Shown: positions 11,731-23,300 of the stretch, piece by piece
Layout: each line of letters begins with the position of its first letter
How positions within the stretch are numbered: position 1 is the stretch's first letter
Source of the DNA: Macrostomum lignano
Taxonomy: Eukaryota
NCBI GenBank assembly: GCA_002269645.1
Contig: NIVC01003084.1
Span: forward strand, 1 to 64,000
Direction of reading: 5' to 3'
Length of the DNA: 64,000 nt
Notes under the pieces: model-generated
Told to the model about the DNA's origin: nothing
Seen by the model: the letters and a program-made list of their open reading frames with translations, nothing else
Databases searched by the model: none
Program-made: the position numbers and the translations under genes

Positions 11731-13092
11731 AGCCTTTTGTTTATCTAAGTGTGGAATAAATATCCATACGCGTGGCCGAAGCCGTTCGCGGCCACAAATT
11801 AAGCAAGCGGGGAATAACTTGTACTTATTGGCGTTATATAGCTCATGCTACATAGGAAATCAATGTTTTACACATTTTTGCGTGTGTATATATAATTACT
11901 AGGTATTAAAGTTCCTGGTGAATAGATTAAAATGACCGGCGTCAGCTTTTTAAAAGATCAGTTTTATTACCTTTCTGTGTACATGTTGTTGTTAAGCCTG
12001 GAATAAATTAAACTAGTGCTGGGTACTGTTTTTAGTCTGTGTTGTTTGCCGGAAAAAATTCTCTGCAAATTGGCCACGTAATAATAATAATAAATTCAAA
12101 TAATGCAGTTTAATTGCGTGTTTGTTTTGTTAATAAATTAGAAAATGCAGCTTAGTTAAATGCTGTCCCTGTCTGCAATTATTATATATTAATTATAATG
12201 TCATTTGTCATTTCTACTTCCATTGCTCTTGTAGTTTTCTATATTGATAATGTTTTAACTTTTTGCCCCGCCGGCAATCTGTAAGCCTGATTTGCTTAAT
12301 CTCAAATATAGTTATTTATTTAATCTCCCCTTATTTTTGTTTTTGCATGCTGAATTTAAGAAAAAAAATTTTTTTTGATACGGTTTACTAATGATTGTTG
12401 TATGCGCTTGCTTGCAACTTGGTTATTAATTTTTATAATTCTGTTTGCATATTTTATGTCGCACAGCGCAATGACTACTGTACAGATTTCAGCACGCGTA
12501 TATATTATATATAGTTATAATCTCGCTCTATTTATACATTTTTGTCATTTTTTAATCCGAACCAACTCTCTCTGAACAGCTGACATTTTAGTATTACTTA
12601 TTAATACTACAATATATACGCTACTGACGATGAACTCTGGCAACTTTTCTATCGTCACGAGCCTTCTAGTTAGTTATTATATCTCTAGTAGCATATCCGA
12701 TGACCAGTCTGTCTATATTTTTGTGCCCCATCTGCAACACGATTCTATCATAATAAAGTCACTCTTGCTTATTAAAAGTCAAAAACATTCGTTTAAAACC
12801 TTTAATTACTAATCATTTCCTCTGCTAAGCGTTATTATAAAACAAACTGATTGTGACGTATGTAAAGGATGTCTATTAGGCTACACATTAGTTTTAATCG
12901 ATAGTAGAGCTAATCAAGATGGTAACTTATTAGTCAACGATAAACATTTACAGGGCAGTGCGCAGTACTATATGTTTTTGCGTATTTATGATTCAGCTTG
13001 GCATGATACTTAATTTGGCTATGGTAACTAATGACGCAGCTCTACTGTAGGTACGCAGAAATGATAAGCATGTAAATCTATATTAAGGTAAT

Positions 13093-15131
13093 TCACACAG
13101 TGGCCTCGAGCAGGTCAATACCAGGCATTGACAACGCCAGGTCTCCATTCTCTTGCTTCTTCGTATTCAAGACTGGCGGCTCGCTACTGGCGATGAGGCC
13201 CAGATTCATACTACTGCTGGTCACCAGCTGGGTGCCCTCGACCAGCAGGAAGCTGGCGTGCAGGTTCTGCACACTTCGCATGGTCTCCTGCAGCTCACTC
13301 TTGTTGGCCTCCTGGCGCTGGCTGAACCGCGGCAGGAGCAGGATGCTGAAGATGACGGAGCTCAGAGCGAAGAGGCCGCCGCCCACAGCGAACGGGAGCA
13401 GGTACTTGGTGCTGGGCTGTACAGGGAGGCTGCGAGCGGTGACCCTACGCAGGTACTGATTCCCCTGGCCAGAGTGATGAGGCCAAAAGCGCTGGTTAGG
13501 TTGTCTAGGCCAACTAGGCGGCACAGAATCTCCGAGGTGAGGGTGATGAAGGGGGCCAGAGTGACGCCGAGCGCCGTGTAGATGGCAATCAGCATCGGGA
13601 AGCTGGTTGAGTAGTTGAGCACCAGCACCAGGACTGCGCTGAAGAACAGCGAGACATTGTTGACGAGCAGGGGCGACACCTTCGGGTTGCCGGCGGCCCA
13701 TCCGACCAGAATGCGGCTGAGGGTGTTGGCGCTGCCGAAGGCTGTATTCAGGTACTTGGACTCGCCGTCAGAGACTCCAGCCTCGCGGGCAAAGTCGTTT
13801 ACAAAAAATAGGGGAATGTAGAAAGCGAGCATTGTGGCTAGATTGCTCAGCCACACTATTAGATAGCTGGTGTCCTTCATCAGTGACACGTCAGTCATCA
13901 TGAGAAACGCGTCACAAATCGGCTTGGGCAGGCATCTGCCTTCCTCGGCGCTTTCGGTATCCGCTTCTTTTCCTGATTCAGCTGTGTTGTTTATTAACCT
14001 GGGATAAGCAGGCTCTCCTGGTATTCGCGTCATGGACAGGAACAGCTGACTTGGTGTCAGTGTAGATTTGGTTCTTATTCTGTTGCTCGCCAGACTCGCC
14101 ACAGAGCCGGCATAGAAGATATCCTTGCGGTACAGAGGCCGCTTCAAGTCACCCATGGCCGCCGTTGCTATGGGGTCGTCACACACCGCCTTGACGTCAA
14201 ATTGGCGCGCCCGAGCAGCCTTGGCGACTTTGCAGCGGTTGCTGGCGGAGCCCGCAGGGATTTTCGTACGGTGGTCGACGAGCGCAGGCAGGGATCGCAG
14301 CACGGCTCCCACGCTTCCGCCCTCGGTGCTGGTGCTCATCTTCCTGACGCTCACAGTTGAGGCAACCAGCTCTCGGCATGCAGCCGCCTCGTCTGTGTCG
14401 TCAGGCCTGCGGCCACGCTCCACACGTGACGTGCTGCGGCGTCTCTGCTGCACCGGCTCCGGCTCGTTCGGCTTCATCAGGGCGCCGAACACGGCAGAGT
14501 TAAACACGATTCCTCCCAGAATGAGCAGGCAATTTCTCCAGCCGAACTCCTCAGTCAGAGCTCTGGTCAGCGGCCCCATCACCATGGTGCCGATCCCCGT
14601 GCCGCAGACGGCCAGCCCCATGGCCAAAGCTCGATATTCCTCGAAGTAAAAATTGACGCAAACCATCGAGGGCAGGTAGATCAGTCCGAATCCGATGCCC
14701 CCGAGAACGCCGTAGGTGAATGTGAGTATGGTGAGGCTGGGAGCGAAGCTGCTGATCACGAAGGCAGCGGTTGCTAGCACTGCGCCCGCTATGCAGACTG
14801 GACGGCAGCCGAACTTGTTCACCAGAGCTCCAGCTATTGGACCAGTTAGTAAAAAGACGCCGCATAGAAGCGATCCGATAAGCGTTACAGAAGCCTTATC
14901 AGCGTTAAAATACTCGCAGAAATCGCCCAGCAGATAGCCGAATGAGTTTGCGATGCCGTCCACAATTACACTGTTCATCATGCAGGCGAAAGTCACAACC
15001 CAGCCGTAGCCTCTGTCTAGCGGCAGGGGCAGCACGTCCTCGGTATTCACCGTCACAACTTTGAGTGCAGCGGCCTGATCATCCGTTACCAGTTCTGTTG
15101 CTTCATCAGCAGCCTTCTCCGTGGATTCCAT
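13093..15131 (-). CDS. Monocarboxylate transporter, SLC16/MCT family (MFS), intronless, with a 1-nt frameshift near 13412-13420
   Basis: PLDRGYGWVV TM1 motif, NKFGCRPV loop, YFEEYRALAMG, large central loop. The last TM and tail (KYLLPFAVGGGLFALSSVIF...) continue in the adjacent frame to TGA at 13093-13095. Likely ATG at 15131 (MESTEK). Confidence 0.88.
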
Positions 15132-17099
15132 ATCTTTTAATTGGCTTAGATTTGCACACGCTTTTTTTAACACCTTTCTGCTCCGAAAATTATCTACAGA
15201 GCTCTCACAACCCGTTATTTATACAAGTGACTTTCTGCTTGACTGGAGTGGCAGCCGCTTCTAAACCAGATAACGAGACACACCTTCCTGCTCAAGCAGA
15301 GTCGCTCTGTTGTACTGGCTGTGTTGCTTTTGCTTTTTGACCATTTTCCAGCTAGGGTAGTTTGCGTTTGAAGAAACGCCATCCGGCTTTTTTCGGCTGT
15401 CTAAAGTCGAGTGGTTGACTAGATTAGTGAGCACTATGGCTTTTAATTCTGTCAATTAAAATTATTGGCACGCCAGTTCAGGTGTTTACGAGCTTAACGA
15501 GTACGATCGACTTTTCCACCAAGTGTCCAAGTCAGCAGCATTCAAGACTGTTAAACGATCCCTCCAGAAAGGTTTGTCCACACCGAATCCGATGGACTGT
15601 CTAAAGAACCATTTGAATGAATAGTTTTAGAATGTGGACTGAATCAAACCGAGAAGCGGTGTTAATCCTTTTAACATTCGCTATTACGAAGTATATGAAA
15701 TGAAATCCTACACCCAGAAAGTCATGTTATTTAATGGCTTAATTGATGGCGGTGTAAAGGTGCGTTTAAAATATTGAAAGTCGATCGTCTTCCAGATACT
15801 TAATCTAGAACTCCGCGACCAGGCATTAGCAGACATTGGCCAACCAATAGAGGACAATTGTACAGGTCAGATAAGGAGTTCCTGCTAACTGCTTTGCCCC
15901 GCGCTGTCACACCAACAAGTGACAAGTGTAACTGAAGTGTGCTCTCCAGCTTGGCAATTGTCTGACCAAAATTTAATTGGCATTTAAGAACCTGTTTAAA
16001 CTGGTTTTTTGGCGGCTCCACTTATACACACGCTTTCTGTTCGCACTAATGTTGAACAATTTATGAGCCATATGAATCGCACACTCAGGTATAAATTATC
16101 TCTCTCGTGTAACCAGAGCAATAAACAATTTATCTATTATTTAGAATCTCGTAACTGGCGGAACGACTTAAAAATCTTGCAACGGTTTCTTTAAGAGTAA
16201 AGCTGATAAATTCCGCACCCGTGTAGATAAATTATTTGACTCATCTTGCTTCAAGGCAGTGAGTGCACTTCGGACCGCGTGTTAAATAAGAAAATTTACC
16301 GACTGAACAACGGTGCTGCAGTCTTGAATTAGTCAGTCATTCACAAAAGGTACAAGTATGAAGCATATATTCGATGCCAAATCGGACATTAGAAGCACTA
16401 GAAAATACTTTAGTTAGTCAGGACAAAAAGGGTCACACAAAGCACAGTTCTGTACACAGGAATGATGCCGCCCAATGGTTAAATTGGTTAAAGCGAAACC
16501 AATGGGGCGAAAAACATACTCGTGATTCAGTAAAAACATGGAGCACTAAAGTATAGAAGCAAAACAATGGAATAATGGAATGGTTGGTTAAAAATTAACG
16601 AAGAGACAGTAAAACAAAAAATCAATAAGTAAGTAAAGAAGCACCTAGAAGGTCCGGACAGAGTATGTGCGCTAAGCAAACGCAAAATGATGTATAACAG
16701 CAACATGGCTTGCACAATATCAATTGAGTTAAGCAAAAAGCATAAAATCGGCACAAATTCCGCAATCAAATCGCTGTGTGTTTTAGTCGGTAGAAATTCA
16801 TTCGAGCAAGGCACAAAGTCACAGTGATAAAATAGATTGTGCGGGAAGGCGAAAAGCGGAAGCGGAAGCGAAACAAATAAAAGGTTTATTCAATCTTGCA
16901 TTAATCTTTTTTACGGTTCATCGAATTTTAAGGAGATTGAAAGCTAAAGCTCCTTTTTGGTGACCATCAGAACATATAACAGACGCATAACACTGTACTG
17001 TATATGTGTAACACTGACATTGTTAGTTTGATTGCTAGTATATTAAAGTAACCGCGTATTGCGACAGAAGAGCTTATGAGCGTAAAATACTTTTTTATT

Positions 17100-17255
17100 A
17101 GCTAGATTAGCATTCCGCTGCACTCCATCATCCTAACATTGGCTAAACTAGCAACATATCATTATCAGCATTGGCTAGATTAGCAATCCATCAACATAGC
17201 ATTGGCTAGATTAGCAATCCATCAACATAGCATTGTCTAGATTAACATACCAGCA
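17100..17255. repeat. ~31-bp short tandem repeat (AGCATTGGCTAGATTAGCAATCCATCAACAT), ~4-5 copies
   Basis: Visible direct repeats. Confidence 0.8.
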
Positions 17256-17327
17256 TTGGCACTCAGCAACCTGTTGTCAAGCGATTGCACGCAGCCCCTT
17301 AGCAACCAAGCGCGTCCAGTCTTAGCT

Positions 17328-20300
17328 CTAATTGAAAGGTCGTAACTGTAGAGTCGCAGAAGTGAAGCCGACCTCCTCGCCACCGCCGACGCCGCCTCCT
17401 CGGCCGACAGTCGACGCCGCGGGCGTGGCAGCAGCCGAGCCCGAGGAGGCCAGCAGGCCGGAGCGGACGGTGCCGGGCCCGCTGGCGCTGCGCAGCTGGA
17501 ACTCCTGCTCCCGACGCTGGCGTGCGAGCAGCCGCTCCCCAGGCAGGAAGTCGCCGTAGACAAGTCGACGACATGCGTCGGCGCTGCAACAGCCGCCGTC
17601 GTTGGCCTCGCCATCGTCGTCGGCACGGGCGCAGACTGTCATAACAAGGAGGCCGACGCCGATTCCGAGTGCCGGCGGCGCGGCGGCGATCAGCCAGCCA
17701 ATGACGCGGAAGCCGGCGCCGATTGGCTGCTGCCTGCCGTTGCCCAGCTCGTAGTGGCAGCCGGAGTTGGCCGGCTCGCTTGTGCTGGCCGCGGCGAACC
17801 AGCCGTAGCCGGCCAGCGACAGGGCGCAGGCGAGCCCCAGGGCAATCAGGTACAGCAGGCGGGCCACCAAGGACCTGGTGCGCACCCGGTAATACGCGAT
17901 GAAGAATCCAGTTCCGGCGCCGGCTATGGTTACCAGCATGAACCGGTCCATGTACCAGTCGTATAGGCGGAGCCACCTGCAGTTTAAAGTGCATCCCGAT
18001 GGATTACATTTAAGGGAATTGGTTCTTTCTTTTCCCAGATACAGACTGGCTCAAATTTAATTGACCTCGATTCCCAGATCCCAATCCCGATTCCCAGATC
18101 CCCAAGCCCCGATTCCCAGATCCCCAAGCTCTGATTCCCAGATCCCCAAGCCCAAATTCCCAGATCCCCAAGCCCCAATTCCCAGATCCCCAAGCTCTGA
18201 TTCCCAGATCCCCAATCCCGATTCCCAGATCCCCAAGCCCCGATTCCCAGATCCCCAAGGCCCAATTCCCAGATCCCCAATCCCGATTCCCAGATCCCCA
18301 AGCCCCGATTCCCAGATCCCCAAGCCCCAATTCCCAGATCCCTGTAGCATGCGCAGGCAGGCAGTTCGGGTACCTAGTTTGCACTCCGTGACCCCCACCC
18401 AGCCTATCCACTTCCCTCTGCTCGAGCACATCCCAACGCGCACTCAATGAACCGGAAATCTGTGTTCTACCAGACAATAAATATACAGGCACAGCCACAT
18501 TCTATTTCTTCACCTTTTTGAGTGGCTAACGAACACTCGCAACAACCAGCTAGAGTTGCTCGCTACATTGGCGTCACAAGCCAGAACCTAATGGCGCTAC
18601 TACAGCTACAGCCGCCATCCGCATTCAGCATTAGCGCGGACCCCCACACCGTCAGCAAGCGCTGGACAGAGTGGGCCACCACACTAAAGCGATTCTTGGC
18701 AGCATCAGGAATCTCGGACGACGCCCAGAAGCAGGAAATCCTCCTGTATACCGCGGGAAAAGAGGTTGCAGACATCTTTAAAGAGATCTCACAGACGCGT
18801 CCCGCCACTGACCAGCCGGAGCAGCAAACGCTTGACTCACTCATAGCGGCGCTAACTCAGCACTTTCAAGGACGCGACAATGTGGTGTTCACCCGGTACC
18901 AATTCCGCCAGTGCACGCAGCTAGACGGCGAAGGCATCGACAGCTGGCACAACCGACTGTGCAACGCGGCTGAGGCCTGCCAGTTCGGAGAGCTGCGCCA
19001 GTCCCTCATCCGCGACCAGATCGTCGCCTGCTGCCGCAGTGAATCCCTCCAAAAGCGGCTGCTCAACGTGCACAACATCAGCCTCCCCGATGCCCTCCAG
19101 CTGGCGAGAACAAACGAAGCAGCCAGCCAGCAAGCGGCAATCATGGAGCGCTCGGCAGCCGGACCAGCTGAAGAAGTGCATGCGGCACGCGACAAGCGCC
19201 CCACCAGGCGCCCGCCAGCCAGCCCGGCCGACAAATGCCTGCGGTGCGGAGAGCCCGGCCACCGCACTTGCAACCGGGCCCAAGGCAAGCGCTGCAGCAA
19301 CTGCGGCAAGCTGCACCACCTGGCGAAGGCCTGCCTAAGCGGCCGCGCACGCATCAACATGGCAGAGCCCGAGCCAGAGGAACCAGCAGTGGCGCACCTG
19401 GCGGAGGCGGTATTCTCCAGCCTCGACCCCAGCCGCACAAGCGCCACCTTCAAAGCGGTCATCAACGGCGCGAACGTACCCGTCCTGATCGACAGCGGTG
19501 CAAGCTGCAACGTGCTCAGCCAGCGGACCCTTCGTCTAACGGGAGTACCCGAGCGGGCGCTTCAGCCCACGCACACGAGGGTCTATCCTCTCGGAGCAGC
19601 GAGGCCCCTGACACCCGCTGGCCAGATCACTCTGCACACGAAGATCAACGGCAACTCGGAGAGAGTGGGCTTCATCGTCATCAGAGAAGACTGCATCACC
19701 ATCCTAGGCCGCGAGACAAGCACGCAGATGGGGATGCTGAGGGTCGGACCGCAGGCCGAGACAGCTCTCACCGCCGGACTGACACCAACGGTTAACGACC
19801 TGCACCTTCCGCAAGACTTGCGACTGTCATCGATCATGAAGGAGTTCAGCGACAGGTTTCAAGGAATCGGCTGCATCAAGGGCGTCTCAGTCAGCATCCA
19901 GCTGAAGGAAGAAGCGGTGCCAGTCTGCCACCCTCCGTCTCGAGTTCCAGTGCATCTTCGAACCGCCGTGGAAAAGGAGCTGAAGGGCCAGCTAGCAGCC
20001 GGCATCCTGGAGCGAGTGACGGGGCCCAGCGCTTGGAGTTCACGCATGGTGGTCGTTCCAAAGGCCTCGCCAGGCGAAATCCGCATCACGCAGGACCTGA
20101 GGGACGTCAATAAGTACGTCATTCTAGAAAAGCAGCCAATACCGACATTCGAAGAAGTCACCGACGAGATGGCCGGCTCCACCTATTTCTCCGAACTAGA
20201 CGTTGCCAAGGCCTTCCACCAGATCGAGGTCAGCGAGGAGTCCCGGCAGCTGCTCACTTTCTCAACGCCTCTGGGCCTGCTCCGCCTCAAGCGCCTTTGC

Positions 20301-23300
20301 ATGGGATTTACCTCAGCATCTGAAATCCTACAGCGCGTCATGACATCTATCCTGAGCGGTTTGAGAGGCGTGCGGTGGGTCCATGACGATATCATTATCT
20401 TCGCCAGCACCATAAAGGAGCACAACGAGAGGCTGCGCAACTGCCTTGACAGGCTGCGTCAACACAACGTGACTCTGAACCCCCGCAAATGCCGCATTGC
20501 AACCCAGCAGGCCGACTTCCTGGCCATGCGCCTCTCGGCGGCCGGAATCCAACCGACCGAGGAAAAGCTGGAAGCTGTGGCCAACTTCAAGCGACCAGAA
20601 AATGCAACGGAGGTGCGGTCCTTTCTCGGACTCGTCACATTCGTAGCCCGCTTCATCCCAAACCTCGCCGACAAAGCGAGGCCACTTCGAGAGCTGACCA
20701 AGAAGAACGTGAAATGGTCGTGGGGTCCACAGCAAGCCTCAGCCTTTCAGACAATCAAGCAGTCGATCGCTCACAGCACCACGCTTGCCTTCTTCAACAA
20801 GAACTGCGAGACCAGGCTGATCGTCGACGCCAGCCCGACCGGCCTCGGGGCGATCCTCGCCCAGGTGCAACCTGGCGGCCTCACCAGGCCAATCGCCTAC
20901 GCCAGCCGCAGCCTCAGTGACACCGAGCAGCGCTACTCGCAAACAGAGAGGGAGGCGCTGGCCGTCAAATTCGGGTGCCTCAAGTTCCACCACTACCTTA
21001 GCGGCTGCCCAAAGTTCAAGGTCATCACCGACCACAAGCCGCTGGTCAGCCTGCTCAGCCCCGGCTCGCGGCCCCCGCCACGGATCGAGCGCATGGCACT
21101 TCGGCTGCAGGATCTCCACTTCGAAGTCACCTACCAGCCGGGCGCAGACAACCCGGCAGATGTCCTGAGCCGTCAGCCACGTCCAACACCGCCGAACAAC
21201 CAGGGTGAGGATCTCGACACGGCTTACATCGCAATGACAGCACAGGCAGCAGCACCGAACAGCATCAGCCTCGAAACGATCAAGGTTGCCGCCGCAGGCG
21301 ACAAGGCGATCCAAGCCGCCGTATCCGGGCTCCGGTCCCGTCGGAGGCAACTCGATAGCCACGACACGCGCAGCCTGCACGGCCTGCGGCACGAGCTCTC
21401 ACAACACGACGGACTCCTGCTCAAAGGGCACCGAATCGTCGTTCCTGCCATTCTGCGCTACCGCTGCCTGCAGCTGGCGCACCAAGGCCACCTGGGTGTC
21501 CAGAAAACATTGGCACGCCTCAAGACAAAGGTCTGGTGGCCCTCAATGCGGGCCTCCGTCGAGAATTTCGTAAACTCCTGCCTCAGCTGCAAGGCCTGCA
21601 CGAACACAGCCGAATTGAAGGCAGCCCCACTTCAGCCGACTGAGCTGCCGCAGGGGCCGTGGCTAGAGCTGGGCCTAGACTTCCTGGGACCGATCAGAGG
21701 CCACATGCTGCTGGTGTGCACCGACTATTTTTCACGTTTCCCACTGGTACAGACGATGTCGGGGTCGACAGCGGCAGCTCCGGTCATCCGAACCCTCCGC
21801 CAGTGGTTCAGCACGTTCGGCCAGCCAGTCAAGATCACCACCGACAACGGCCCGCCATTCCCGTCCGCAGAATTCAACGCCTTCCTGCGCAGCCAGGGCG
21901 TCCACCATCGGACTACGCCGCTGCATCCCCAAGCCAACGGACTCGTAGAGCGATGCAACCGAGGCCTCAATAAGGCAATCAGAGCGGCGATTCTGGAAGG
22001 CAGCGACTGGCAGGCGGCACTGGACGACTACCTGGCTGCATACCGGCGAACACCGCACGCAGCAACCGGCATGGCCCCAGCCGACCTGCTATTCGGCCGA
22101 CAGCTCAACGACACGATCCCCAGCTTGCGCCACTCCCGGCCGGTTGACGCCAGGCGACAGACCGTCCGCGGCCACGACTCCAGGGCGAAGGAGCGGATGA
22201 AGGCCTTCGCCGACAGCAAGAGGGGCGCCACCGACCACCAGATCACCGTAGGCGACCTCGTACTCCGCCGGCTCACCAACCGCAGCAAGACCGACCCCTT
22301 CTTCGAGGCCTCGCCATGGACCGTGACAGAAGTCCGCGGCAACACCCTGCAGCTCCAACGGGCCGGCCAGAGGTGCTCCAGGCACGCCAGCCACGTCAAG
22401 CGAGTCTCCCAGACAGCCGACGAGTGGCCGGGTGACCCCGGAGAACGCGACAGCGGACAGGACAGCCGGCCGGATGAACCAACCGGCCCGCCCGAGCCAA
22501 CCGGCAACCAGGACGTCCCTCTCGCCAACAGGCCGCACCCCCGACAGGCCAAGGAGACGCCGAAACGCTACGAAGAGGGCGACCGGCGAAAGGCTCTGGA
22601 CATCTGACAGCTGGCGGAACAGCAGCAAGGACTGATCATTGACTCAAATGACTGATACTGATTGCTCGATCGCGCGTAACATGAACCCAACGTTGTACCC
22701 AACCGCACCCCGGGTTCCAATCCACCAGACGAGGGATGTAGCATGCGCAGGCAGGCAGTTCGGGTACCTAGTTTGCACTCCGTGACCCCCACCCAGCCTA
22801 TCCACTTCCCTCTGCTCGAGCACATCCCAACGCGCACTCAATGAACCGGAAATCTGTGTTCTACCAGACAATAAATATACAGGCACAGCCACATTCTATT
22901 TCTTCACCTTTTTGAGTGGCTAACGAACACTCGCAACAACCAGCTAGAGTTGCTCGCTACAATCCCCAAGCCCCAATTCCCAGATCCCCAAGCCCAAATT
23001 CCCAGATACCCAAGCCCAAATTTCCAAATCCTTAAGTCCCGATTTCCAGATCCCCAAGTCCCGATTCACAGATAATCAAGTCCCAATTCCCAAATCCTCA
23101 GGCCCCAATTCCCAAATCCTCAAGCCCCAATTCCCAAATCCCGAAGCCCCAATTTCCAAATCACCAAGAACAAATTCCCAGATCCCCAAGCCCCGATTCC
23201 CCAGCTGCACTCACCAGTATCCGGACCGCAGGATGCAGGGGAAGCTGAGCGCCAACATGGCGGCACAGGCCAGCCCAGCGATGAGCCGGTAGACCCGAGT

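Larger units (their letters stand above)
18343..22961 (+). mobile_element. Full-length Ty3/Gypsy (Mag-like) LTR retrotransposon
   Basis: 225-bp LTRs at 18343-18567 and 22737-22961, with TGTAGC...GCTACA ends and no differences seen by eye. 5-bp TSD ATCCC at 18338-18342 and 22962-22966. Single gag-pol ORF in PR-RT-RH-IN order. Confidence 0.97.

Noticed and set aside
10813-11748. 297-aa and antisense repeat ORFs
   Set aside because: Products of the 42-bp array (a multiple of 3) with no domain or start context.
18522-18590. N-terminal extension of gag-pol in the ORF track
   Set aside because: It starts at a GTG inside the LTR and crosses the PBS; ATG 18591 is the plausible start.
8530-22892. 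Numerous antisense and alternate-frame ORFs over SMARCE1, MCT and gag-pol
   Set aside because: Expected shadow ORFs of GC-rich coding sequence.
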